A DNA stretch of 64,000 nt from Isurus oxyrinchus. Taxonomy: Eukaryota. The stretch is taken from the NCBI GenBank assembly GCA_026770705.1, contig JANJGN010000121.1, forward strand, positions 930,001 to 994,000. The letters run 5' to 3'. The notes beneath the pieces were generated by a model. The model worked only from the letters and a program-made list of their open reading frames with translations. It was not told the DNA's origin and searched no databases. Position numbers and translations under genes: made by a program. Positions 38,076 to 49,916 of this stretch are shown in pieces; positions within the stretch are counted from its first letter, which is position 1, and each line of letters opens with the position of its first letter.

Positions 38076-38452
38076 CAGAAACGTGAAGCTGGGTTACAGG
38101 ATAGTAGCTTTAACTATTCCTGCTGTCAAATTCTACTCTGAAAAAAATAAGGTCCTGCATCTTTCCGTCTGATGTTGTTTATAATCAGGGAACAGTCGCC
38201 ATCTTTCAGGTCTCCAGACAGCCGGGTACGATGGCGGAATCTTTGATCCCTGTGACTGTGACCCTCGGAGTGAAAGGCTATAGACCATATAGGCTGTAGG
38301 GTTCCCATCTATTCCTTTCAACCAGATTCCGACACGTGATCTCCCTACGAAATGTGATGATTAACTGTAATGACATGGAATCTGTACACAGGAACCTTCC
38401 TGCGCTGCCACCTCTCGTGGAGTGTCGCCTTTCCACTCTTGTGACAGTCCAA
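38076..38452 (-). pseudogene. Gene C: Siglec V-set exon with stops and frameshifts
   Basis: Same splice sites as 51232-51597; SCVQIPCHYS* (TAA for TAT), several indels, and a further TAA near the 3' end. Confidence 0.88.
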
Positions 38453-39153
38453 CTGGAGAGAGAAATGTCAATATTTAACTCTGGAAGGTTTGTAGATCCA
38501 CTAGACTCGATATCCACCCCCTCCATCACTGGGGCACAGTGGCTGCAGTGTGGACCATCTACAGGACACACATGGAACTCCCCAAGGTTTCACAATGGAT
38601 GGAAGAGAATCCTGGACAAGGAGTGGACAAGTTCATTCTACATTGGCTCATGGTCCTCAGGACCCTGTTTAGTGAAGCCAGTCTTCCACCCAACACAGTG
38701 TCTACAAGATACACAGAGAAACTGTGTAAACATCTCATCTCTCTAAACTGACTGGCTTGGCTTCAGTTTAACTTTCAGTATTTTTAAATTTCCATATTGT
38801 GGTTGCTATGGTGAAACTGTGCAGGAAGAGTGAGGGCTGGACACTCTGTCTATTCTCACTGCAGCTGTGATGTGGCCGTGGTGATTGTCAGTAAAATGAA
38901 ACCCTCTGAGCTCCTCCATCCCCGAGGTTTAGGGAGTGAATTCCAGAGCTCAGGTCCCAGGCAGCTGAAGGCACGGCCGCCAGTATTGGAGTGATGGGAA
39001 TCGGGGGATGGTCAAGAGGCCGGAATTGGAGTAACACAGAGATCTGGGACGTTGTTTGGTTGAGTTGCAGGAGGTTTCAGAGATTAAGAGATAAGAATGA
39101 TCTTTTACAAAGACTGTTAAACATAAATCTGTCTGAGCTGATGATGATATTAC

Positions 39154-39192
39154 CTTGGGAAAGTGACAAGAGGAAGTAGATTTCCCGATCAT
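39154..39192 (-). pseudogene. Gene C: leader exon, 1 bp short (39 vs 40 bp)
   Basis: Paralog of 55081-55120; restoring one A gives MIGKIYFLLSLSQG. Confidence 0.75.
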
Positions 39193-40379
39193 CGTCCACT
39201 CCCAGATATTCCATCCACTTCTCACTCTCAAACTGTGAAAGAGAAAGGAGTTAATGAGACCTCACCTCTTGTCCGACAGCTCTCGAGAGATCAGAGCTGC
39301 TTTTAGACAATGTCTTCACAGACTAATTTGATTCTCTGTGGGATGATAGGTGCTCTGCAGAGAGTGACAAGGCTTTAAGAAAGAAGAACATTGAAGGATT
39401 TGCATTTCTATAGCACCTTTCACCACCTCAAGACGCTCATGTTTTGAGATCTTGGTGAACTGTTAACCGTTTGTGTCCTGACCCTGTGGTGATATTTCTG
39501 CTCAGAGGTGGACAGTCATTGACCAGGAGTTTCTCCTGTGGGTCAGTGGGTTTCACAGCCAAATTCAGGGGCTCAGAACATTGTGGGATTCAAGACCCCA
39601 TTCAGGGGACGTCTGCCCCACAGAGTAGACTGAAACTCCCCAGTGTCAGTACTGAGCAAGTGCTGCACTGTCGGATGGTCATTACTGAGCAAGTGTTGCA
39701 CTATTGTAAGGTCAGTACTGAGGGGGATCTCCACTGTTGGAGGGTCAGGACTGAGGGAGTGCTGCACTGTCAGAGGGACATTTATCAGGGAGTGCTGCAC
39801 TGTTGGAGGGTCAGTATTGAGGGAATACTGCACTGTCAGAGGAACATTAATCAGGGAGTGCTGCACTGTTAGAGGATCAGTACTGAGGGAGTGCCGCACT
39901 GTTGAAGGGTCAGTATTAAGGTGCTGATTTAGAAGACAGGACAATGTATTAGGAGCCCTCAGAACTTCCCCCGTGATTTCCAATCGATCCGTTACTTACC
40001 CAGGACCTGTCTGACTGCTCGCCTGGGGAGGAACTGCCCACACGCTCTGCTTGGGCTGAATGGGCCTCCTCCTGTTCCTGTGTAACAGGCTTGATGGGGC
40101 TGAATGGGCCTCCTCCTATTCCTGTGTAACAGGCTTGAGGGGGCTGAATGGGCCTCCTCCTGTTCCTGTGTTATAGGCTCGAGGGGCTGAGTGGGCCTCC
40201 TCCTGTTCCTGTGTAACAGGCTTGAGGGGGCTGAATGGGCCTCCTCCTGTTCCTGTGTTATAGGCTCGAGGGGCTGAGTGGGCCTCCTCCTGTTCCTGTG
40301 TAAAAGGCTAAAGGGGCTGAATTGGCCTTCCCCAGTTCCTGTGTACCAGGCTCGAGTACATTAGGAGCATCATTGGAAG

Positions 40380-41210
40380 CAGCATTTCACTTGCACTTCC
40401 CTCAATTTAATCTACTGCATTCACTGCTCCCAATGTGGTCTCCTCTACATGGGACAGACCAAACACAGACTGGGTGATCGCTCTGATGAACACCTTCGGT
40501 CTGTCCACAAGCATGACCCAGACCTCCCTGTCGCTTGCCATTTTAACACCCCACCCTGCTCTCATGCCCACATGTCCGTCCTTGGCCTGCTGCATTGTTC
40601 CAGTGAAGCCCAACGCAAACTGGAGGAACAGCACCTCATCTTCCGACCAGGCACTTTACAGCCTTCCGGACTGAATATTGAGTTCAACACTTTCAGATCA
40701 TGAACTCTCTCCTCCATCCCCACCCCCTTTCCAATCTCCCTTTTCCATTAATTTATCATTTTTAATATTTATTTTATTGATATATTTTTCTTTTCCCACC
40801 TATTTCCATTATTTTTAAATGTTTTACATCTGTTGTTGTATCTCTACCTTTTAGCCTATTTCAATCCTTTCCCCCACCCCACCCCCACTAGGACTATCTG
40901 TCTCTTGCTCGTCCTGCTTTCTACCCTTAATGTCCCCATTAGCACATTCCTCAGATAATATCACCACCATCAACACCCCTTTGTCCTTTTGTCTATCACA
41001 TCTTTGGCAACCTCTTCTTTACCTCCGCCTATCACTGGCCCACAATCCAGCTCTACCTGCCCCACCCCCTCTACCAGCTAAAACGTCACCTCATTTCTCG
41101 ATTCCCTTAGTTCTGATGAAGAGTCATACAGACCCAAAACGTCAAGTGTGTTCCTCTCCGCAGATCCTGTCAGACCTGCTGAGTTTTTCCAGCTATTTTT
41201 GTTTTTGTTC
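40380..41210 (+). mobile_element. Penelope-like retroelement 3' fragment (GIY-YIG endonuclease and tail)
   Basis: LIYCIHCSQCGLLYMGQTKHRLGDR..EHLRSV...PVACHFN...RKLEEQHLIFR.GTLQPSGLN. Confidence 0.88.
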
Positions 41211-43171
41211 CCGTTCATGTGGAACAGGCTTGAGTGGCTGAATGGAGCCCCTAAAGTTCCTGTGTAACAAGCTTGTGGAGGCTGAATGGGTCTCCTGTTC
41301 CTGTGTAACAGGCTCAAGAGGACAGAATGGGCCTCCTCCTGTTCCTGTGTAACAGGCTCAAGGGGACAGAATGGGCCTCCTCCTGTTCCTGTGTAACAGG
41401 CTCAAGGGGACAGAATGGGCCTCCTCCTCTTCCTGTGTAACAGGCTCAAGGGGCTGAATGGGTTTCCTATTCCTGTGTAAGAGGGTTGAGAGACTGAATG
41501 TGCTCTTCCTGTTCCTGGATAACAGGCTAATGTGACTGAATGGCCTCCTCTTGTTCCTGTGTTACAGGCTCTATGGGGCTGAATAGGACTCCTCCTTTTC
41601 CTGTGTAACAGGCTCGAGGGGCTGAGAGTCTCTCCTGTTCCTGTTGAAGGGTGTTGAGAGACTGAATGGCCACTTCCTGTTCCTGTGTAATAGGCTCATG
41701 AGGCTGATGGGCCTTCTCCTGTTCCTGTGTAACAGGCTCAGGTGCTGAATGGGCCTCCTGCTGTTCCTGTGCAACAGGCCCGAGGGGGCTGAATGGGCCT
41801 CCTCCTGTTCCTGTGTAACAGGCTCAGGTGCTGAATGTCCTCCTCTCATTAAAAATAAATATTGCAGATGCTGTAAATCTGAAATAAAAACAGAAAATGC
41901 TGCATTAACTCAGCAGGTCTGGCAGCAGCTGTGGAGAGAGAAACAGAGTTTTTGCTTTGAGACTCTGAAAAAGGGTCATACAGACTCGAAATGATTATTC
42001 TGTTTATCTCTGCACAGATGCTGCCAGACCTACTCAGTTTCTCCAGCATTTTCTGTTTTTATTTCAGGTGCTCTCTTGTTCCTGTGTAGCAGGCTCGAGG
42101 GGGCTGAATGACCTCCTCCTGTTCCTATTCAATGGGCAGTCAAAGCATGTGTCTGATTTTGGACATCGAACCCAATTCTGTCCTCAGGACACTGATAGAG
42201 GGAGAGACCAGTTATAGATCAATGCAGGAGGATTATTTATTTTCCCAATCTTTGATCCAAGCATCTCATCAAACACAGAGCGGAACCAGGATCAAGGATG
42301 TTGGTCTCTGTGATCTGTAACACATCGCACAGTCCACCCACCCACTCACCATCAGGATGGATGCTAATTGTACTCTCCAAGTGTGAAGGACTAAAATTGT
42401 GGTTTATTGCAGCTATATCTCATTCTGTTATCAAAGCTGTCTCATCCATCCATGACATATTGAAGAAGATAAACCTGCAACCAATTTTTCACATCATAAT
42501 TTCCAATGTTCATTGGCTATATCAATGTAAACATGTCACGTTGTACTGATGAACTCCCATCATTGGTGGCACTGTAGCACATGTTATCCTCTAAGCTGCA
42601 GAGAATTTCTCAAATCTCCAATCAAATTGTATCCCAGATTGTTGTTCGTTTCGCTGTTTAACAATGAAGTGTAAAATCCAAATATATATCTGAAAATACT
42701 TTTGACTACAAAATGGTGAGTAAATTTTGCCAATCTCCTCTGCTCCAATTATCCACCGATCCTGCATTTCATGAAGTCTACACTGGCTGATGAATATTCT
42801 GTAAACACTGACAGACAGGAAGCTGAATAACAGAATGAAAATTAACTCATAATCAAGGACACGGGATTGAATTTGTCCGTTCTGTCCTGGTACATCATCG
42901 AACGATATCTAAAGACATTTACAATCAGAATGGAGAGAAGGATGTTTGCAACAGTGAGGGACAATTCTGAAGGAGGTTGTTCAAATTGAAACCCACAAAC
43001 AATCATCCTGGATAGATCATTCCGAAGAAATTCCATCAGATTGTAACAAGAGGTTTAAATCTATTTCCTGGGAGTGAGTTCCTGTGGATATTAGGAAGGT
43101 AAATTGGAGTTTTGAATGATTCTCCCGTTCTGTATTCTCCCCACACTGTGTGTGTCTCATTCTTGCTCAGT

Positions 43172-43288
43172 TTATAAATTCCCATAAACAGAATCCTTGG
43201 CAAAATCACAGTTTGCGTAAAGATCATCATCTGTATCAGGATTGACTCCGCGGTTAGATTTCATTTCCAGATCCTTCTCATCTTTCTT
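43172..43288 (-). CDS. Gene D: predicted terminal cytoplasmic exon (DLYANC, SVYGNL)
   Basis: tttctattacag|AAG AAA GAT...AAT TTA TAA: KKDEKDLEMKSNRGVNPDTDDDLYANCDFAKDSVYGNL*. Confidence 0.72.
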   Translation of the reverse strand, partial: KKDEKDLEMKSNRGVNPDTDDDLYANCDFAKDSVYGNL

Positions 43289-43387
43289 CTGTAATAGAAA
43301 CAGAAATGATCAGAGTGACAATCAGAGTGATCAGTGTTTAGTATTATTGATCCAAATCGAAAATTCCACCCACAATAGATACATTAA

Positions 43388-44510
43388 TTATTGATACTGA
43401 ACAGGGTTTGATTATTGATACTGAATGGTGTTTGATTATTGATTCTGAATGGGATTTGTTTATTGATTCTGAACGGGGTTTGATTATTGATACTAAACGG
43501 GGTTTGATTATTGTTACTGAACGGGGTTTGATTATTGACACTGAACGGGGGTTGATTATTGATACTGAACGGGGTTTGATTATTGATACTGAACAGGGTT
43601 TGATTATTGATACTGAATGGGGTTTGATTATTGATTCTGAATGGTGTTTGATTATTGATACTGAACGGGGTTTGATTATTGTTACTGAACGGGGTTTGAT
43701 TATTGACACTGAACGGGGGTTGATTATTGATACTGAACGGGGTTTGATTATTGATACTGAACGGGGGTTGATTATTGATACTGATCGGGGGTTGATTATT
43801 GATACTGAATGGAGGTTGATTATTGATTCTGAATGGTGTTTGATTATTGATACTGAACGGGGTTTGATTATTGTTACTGAACGGGGTTTGATTATTGATA
43901 CTGAACGGGGTTTGATTATTGATTCTGAACGGGGTTTGATTATTGATACTGAACGGGGTTTGATTATTGATTATGAACGGGTTTTGATTATTGATACTGA
44001 ACGGGGTTTGATTATTGATTCTGAATGGGGTTTGATTATTGATACTGTACGGGGTTTGATTATTGATTATGAACGGGTTTTGATTATTGACACTGAACAG
44101 GGTTTGATTATTTATACTGAACGGTGTTTGATTATTGATCCTGAACGGAGTTTGATTATTGATCCTGAAAGGGGTTTGATTATTGATACTGAACTGGGTT
44201 TGATTATTGATACTGAACTGGGTTTGATTATTGATTCTGAAAGGAGTTTGATTATTGATACTGAATGGGGTTTGATTATTGATACTGAACGGGGTTTGAT
44301 TATTGATACTGAACGGGGTTTGATTATTGATACAGATCGGGGTTTGATTATTGATACTGAACGGGGTTTGATTATTGATACGGAACGGGGTTTGATTATT
44401 GATACTGATCGGGGTTTGATTATTGATACTGAACGAGGTTTGATTATTGATTCTGAACGGGGTTTGATTATTGATACTGAACGGGGTTTGATTATTGATT
44501 CTGAATGGTG
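43388..44510. repeat. 24-bp minisatellite (TTGATTATTGATACTGAACGGGGT)n, about 47 copies
   Basis: Tandem repeat visible directly; source of the 8-aa repeat ORFs. Confidence 0.97.
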
Positions 44511-44641
44511 TTGGGTGTGAGTTTGGTTGGGTTTGGGAGTGACTGTATAAAACATTGCAGATACAGGACTGGAGCAGCCATATCAATAACCAGGCTACTG
44601 GAGCAGCTGAGAGGCTGGGGATCCTGTGGTGTGTGACTCAC

Positions 44642-44746
44642 CTGATTCCTCAAAGCCCAACCACGCTCACAGTTTTCATAAACAGGACCTCGATATTCAT
44701 CAACACGATGGTTCGATTTGATTCCTGCTTTCCCCTCGCCTCTCTT
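44642..44746 (-). CDS. Gene D: predicted cytoplasmic exon (PVYENC), paralog of the terminal exon
   Basis: ctctattacag|AAG AGA GGC...AAT CAG|gtgagt; 105 bp, phase 0-0; KRGEGKAGIKSNHRVDEYRGPVYENCERGWALRNQ. Confidence 0.6.
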
Positions 44747-45257
44747 CTGTAATAGAGATGGAAATGGACAGAGTGACTATCAACATGATGTGTATTCGGT
44801 GTTGGGTTTGATTATTGGGGAGAGAGTTCCAGATTTCCACTCCCCTTTGTGTGAAGAAGTGCTTCCTGACATCACCCCTGAACGGCCTGGCTCCAATCTG
44901 AAGTTCCAGCCCCCTTGTTCTGGACTCCACCCGACCCCCACCCTCACCCCCACCCGAGGGAATAGCTTCTCTCTATCGACCCTATCGAGTGTTTAATCAT
45001 TTTGAACCCCTCAGTTACATCACTCCTTTAATCTTCTAGACCCGAGGGAATATAATCGTAGACTGTGTGTAACCTGTCTGCATAATTTAACCAGAAAGAT
45101 GTTCTGTACAACAGACTTGAGCCTCACACCCAGATCTCAATAATCAGTAGAAATCTTTCAAAGGCATCAATCATTGGAATCTGTCTTTATAAAGTCACAA
45201 CATCAACAAAGGACGGTGTTGGTGGTGGAAGTGAATTCCAATCGTTCCGTTACTTAC

Positions 45258-45342
45258 CCAGGACCTGTCCGACTGCTCGCCTGGGGAGGAACTGCCCACA
45301 CGCTCTGCTTGGGCTGAATGACCTCTTCCTGTGCTGCTCCCT
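45258..45342 (-). CDS. Gene D: predicted cytoplasmic exon 1 (phase 2-0)
   Basis: acacacag|A GGG AGC...TCC TGG|gtaagt; 85 bp, open (GSSTGRGHSAQAERVGSSSPGEQSDRSW). The phase bridges the TM exon and the 44746 exon; the acceptor is weak. Confidence 0.5.
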
Positions 45343-46046
45343 CTGTGTGTTTAATGAGAAAGGGTTGATGTGTCTCTGTGAATCAAATCAGGAATTGGGG
45401 AACAATTGTGAAAACCCTTTCACTGAAACATAGGGCCTTAGTGTTGTGTTGTAAACAAACTGTTAACCCTTTGTGTCCTGACTCTGTGACGTGATTCCTG
45501 TGTAAAGCTGAGCAGTCGTTGAGCGAGTTTCAATTCACTGCTCAATCCAGCTGTTGAGGTGGATCTTCTGAAGGAGCAGATGTTGCTCAGCGCTCCTTAA
45601 AAATGTGAGAGACTGAACAACGTGTAGGAGGATGAGAGAGAGAATGAGAAGGAGAGCATTAGTGGAGATAAGAGAGAGAGAGAATGAGAGAGAGAATGAG
45701 AAGGAGAGCATTAGTGGAGATAAGAGAGAGTGAATGAAACATGGAAAAAGGAAAGAGATTGCATTCACTAACAAAAGAAAGGTTTTCATTTATATAGCAC
45801 CTTTCACATCCTCAGGAGGTCACAAGGTATCTTATGGTCCAGGTCAACACTGCCTGTTACAGGACTGAGTTGTGAAACAGTGAAAGGTGGATGAGATGTT
45901 AAACAGTAGGTGAACATCAAAACTCTTCAGGGGCTGTGAAGGGTTTTGGATTGTAAAAGGTGCTTTTGAAATGCAAGTTCTTTCTATAAGGAGAGAAGTT
46001 TGAAGAAAAAATGTTTGAAATCAACCAATTAAACCTTCGCACTTAC

Positions 46047-46143
46047 TTTCTCACACACTTGAAGATGAAGAATCCACTCAGTCCAACACTCAAACAGATT
46101 CCAGCTCCAAGCAATCCTGCTTACCATTCATTGGAATCTCGCC
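46047..46143 (-). CDS. Gene D: TM exon with in-frame TAA (46121-46123) before the hydrophobic segment
   Basis: tttacag|GG CGA GAT TCC AAT GAA TGG TAA GCA GGA...GTG AGA AA|gtaagt; RDSNEW*AGLLGAGICLSVGLSGFFIFKCVR. Confidence 0.82.
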
Positions 46144-46319
46144 CTGTAAAATCAGCCAATGAATGACTCCGGTACAGTTTGAGAATGGTTCCCTATGTAC
46201 ATGTAGTAATTCTGAACTTGTGAAGTGATATTGTCTATGCATGAAAGGTCTATACAAATAACATTTATCTATGTAATATTTATTGATAATATCCATGTAC
46301 ATGCAGGTTTCTATAAGGA

Positions 46320-47375
46320 GGATTCACATATAACAGAGGTGCCAAGCTGCTGAGGTGACACACAGGACTACATACACACCAAACAGCGGAAACAACATGC
46401 TATAGACAGAGCAAAGCGATCCCACAACCAACGGGTCAGATCTAAGCTCTGCAGTCCTGCCACATCCAGTCATGAATGGTGATGGACAATTAAAGATCTA
46501 ACAGGAGGAGGATGTTCCACAAATATCCCCATCCTTAACGATGGGGGAGCTCAGCACATCAGTGCAAACGACAAGGCTGAAGCATTGGCAACCATGTTCA
46601 GCCAGAAGTGCTGAGTGGATGCTCCATCTCGGCCTCCTCCAGAGGGTCCCAGCATCACAGATGTCAGCTTTCAGACAATTCAATTGACTCCACGTGACAT
46701 CAGGAATCAGCTGATGATACTGGATACAGCAAAGGCTATTGGCCCTGGCAACAACCCGGCAACAGGAAATAATGTGGCTACAAGAGCGGGTAAGAGGCTG
46801 GGAACTCTGCGGTGAGTAATTCAACTCCTGACCCCCCAAAGCCTGTCCACCATCGGACAAGGCACAAGTCAGGAATGTGATGGAATAATCTCCAATTGCC
46901 TGAATAAGTGCAGCTCCAACAACACTCAAGAAGCTCGACACCATCCAGGAGCAGCTTGTTTGATCGACAGCCCATCCACCAGCATAAACATTCATACCCT
47001 CCACCACTGGCACACAATGGCCGCAGTGTGCACCATCTACAAAATGTGCTGCAGCAACTCACCAAGGCTCCTTCGACAGCACCTTCCAAACCCTTAACCT
47101 CTTCCACCAAGACAGTTCCAAGTCAGTGTGGTGTGTGACTTGGAGGCGAACTTGTGGTGTTGGTCTTCCATGAGATTTGGAAATATATCGGCCGTACCTT
47201 CACCGTCGCTGGGACAAAATCATGGAACTCCCTCCCTAACAGCACAGTGGGTGTACCTACACCACATGGACTGCAGTAGTTAAAGAAGGCAGCTCACCAC
47301 CACCTTCTCAAGGGGCAGTTACAGATGGGCAATAATTTCTGGCCTTGTCAACAATGCCCATATCCCATGAGCTAA
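46320..47375 (+). mobile_element. CR1-clade LINE fragments with an internal deletion
   Basis: Same family as 9176-10250 (cagctccaacaacactcaagaagctcgacacc...ggcagctcaccaccaccttctcaagg). Confidence 0.8.
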
Positions 47376-47408
47376 TAAAAACAGAATGTTCAATTCTGTG
47401 TAACTCAC

Positions 47409-47690
47409 GTTCCACAGTGATGGTTATGAATCCCTCCACTGCTCCATGTTCATTCTCTGCCACACACTGATAGTCTCCAGTGTCCCTGGATGTAACGTGA
47501 GGAATCACCAACCACAGCTCATTGTTGGAACTTGTTCTGTTCATTGGGACATTAAGATGTCGCCACGTCAGGTTAGAAGCTGGGAAGCTCTCGACAGAGC
47601 AGATTATCACTGCAGAATTCCCCTCAATTATATTGATCGATAAAGCGTTAATCACACCAAGAGAAGTAATTGATAGGTTCCGTGGTGTAT
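47409..47690 (-). CDS. Gene D: 282-bp C2 exon (second)
   Basis: atttag|AT ACA CCA CGG...GTG GAA C|gtgagt; open. Confidence 0.9.
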
Positions 47691-48790
47691 CTAAATACAA
47701 ATAAAGGTTTCATTGTGAGCAAACACAGTGCACAGCAAGACTCCATGATACATCTCCCTCTATTTGGTGCCTATGTGCATTTCAAGGTTTCTGTCCTGTT
47801 TTAAGTTCCTATGTCAACTTTTATAATGGTCACTGCCGGCGTTTTTCTTTTTGTACATTCATGGGAAGTGGATGTATCTATCTAGACCAGCATTTATTAC
47901 CCATCCCTAATTGCCCTTGAGGAGGTGGTGGTGAGTTTTTCACCCCCACAGAATTCCCAGGCTCTGACCGGCTCCTGTAGCCACAGTATTTATGGCCGGT
48001 CCAGTTAGTTGTTTGGGTAACATCCCCCAGGATGTTGATTGTGGGGGATTCAGTGATGGGAAAGTGATTGAATATCAAGGGGAGATGGTTAGATTCTCTC
48101 TTGTTGGAGATGATCACTGCCTGGTGCTTGTGTGGTGTGAACATTACTTGTCATTTCTCAGTCCAAGCTGAGTGTTGTTCAGCTCTTGCTGCGTGTGGAT
48201 ATGTAAACTGTCACGCTGTAATTACAGCCTTCCACCAGAGGAGACACTGTCGGGCTAGGAGAAAAGAAAATGTCTTTCACATCATCAGGATGTTCACAGG
48301 GATTTGACAGCGGAGGAATTGCTTTAGAATAATGGGGTATTGAGTGATAAACCTACAATTCTCTGTGCAGGGGGCTGCTCGTCCAATACAGGGTCTTGTT
48401 CAGCTGATGTCGTCAGTGTTTCAGAGCAGAATCTGGATCAACACTCCAGTGCAGCACAGGGAGAACAGACAACTCACACATGTCTGTGTGTGTGTGAGCA
48501 AGCACACGTGTGATTCTGTGTATGTTTCCTTCTGTGTGTGTGCATGCAGGTGTACACACCTGTGCACATGTGGGATTCAACATGAATGCTTGTTTGTGTG
48601 CNNNNNNNNNNNNNNNNNNNNNNNNNNNNNNNNNNNNNNNNNNNNNNNNNNNNNNNNNNNNNNNNNNNNNNNNNNNNNNNNNNNNNNNNNNNNNNNNNNN
48701 NNNNNNNNNNNNNNNNNNNNNNNNNNNNNNNNNNNNNNNNNNNNNNNNNNNNNNNNNNNNNNNNNNNNNNNNNNNTTTGCAGTAACTCAC

Positions 48791-49072
48791 ATTCCACAGT
48801 GATGGTTATGAACCCCTCCACTGCTCCATGTTCATTCTCTGCCACACACTGATAGTCTCCAGTGTCCCTGGATGCAACGTGAGGAATCACCAACCACAGC
48901 TCATTGTTGGAACTTGTTCTGTTCATTGGGACATTAAGATGTCGCCACGTCAGGTTAGAAGCTGGGAAGCTCTCGACAGAGCAGATTATCACTGCAGAAT
49001 TCCCCTCAATTATATTGATCGATGAAGCATTAATCATATCAAGAGAAGTAATTGAGAGATTCTGTGGTCCAT
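48791..49072 (-). CDS. Gene D: 282-bp C2 exon (first)
   Basis: tttttag|AT GGA CCA CAG...GTG GAA T|gtgagt; open. Confidence 0.9.
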
Positions 49073-49916
49073 CTAAAAACAAATAAACATCAATTAAGTT
49101 ACACTGACTGTGAAGCACTTTGAAAGACACTGAGAATGTGAAAGGTTTGATATCAATATAGGTTCTTTCACCACAAAGCCCATAATCCAGCCAGACACCT
49201 CAGTTCAGTACTGAGGGTGTGCTGCACTGTGGGAGGGTCAGTACTGAGGGAGTGCTGCACTGTCAGAGGGTCAGTACTGAGGGAGTGCTGTACTGTCGGT
49301 GGGTAAGTACTGAGGGAGTGCTGCACTGTCAGAGAGTCAGTACTGAGGGAGTGCTGCACTGTCAGAGGTTCAGTACATAGGGACTGCTGCACTGTCTGAT
49401 GGTCAGTACAGAGGGGTTGCTGCACTGTCGGAGGGTCAGAAATGAGGATGTGCTGCACTCTCAGAAGGTCAGTACTGAGTGGGTGCTGCACTGTCGAAGA
49501 GTCATTACTGAGGGGGTGCTGCACTGTGGGAGGGTCAGTACTGAGGGAGCACTGCACTGTTGAAGGGTCAGTACTGAGGGAGTGCTGCACTGTCGAAGGG
49601 TCAGTACTGAGGGAGTGCTGCACTGTTAGAGGGTCAGTACAGAGGGAGTGCTGCACTGTCAGAGGGTCAGTACTGAGGGAGCACTGCACTGTTGAAGGGT
49701 CAGTACTGAGGGAGTGCTGCACTGTCAAAGGGTCAGTACTGAGGGAGTGCTGCAGTGTTGGAGAGTCAGTATTCAAGGACTGCTGCAGTGTCAGAGGCGG
49801 ATTTGTATCAGTTAAAGACTATTGATTTGTTGCTAAACACAATGCAGTTGTGGGATCTTGCAGTGTACTATGTAGAGCATTCTAGCTAATGTAGATGGAA
49901 GGGTGTCTGTTCTTAC

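Noticed and set aside
43344-44586. 370-400 aa ORFs (INNQTPFS / LIIDTERG repeats)
   Set aside because: 24-bp minisatellite artefact.
45535-45595. Possible short terminal exon for gene D (SAEQHLLLQKIHLNSWIEQ*)
   Set aside because: Acceptor and phase fit, but there is no motif or paralog support; the Tyr-motif exon chain is a better model. Not fully excluded.
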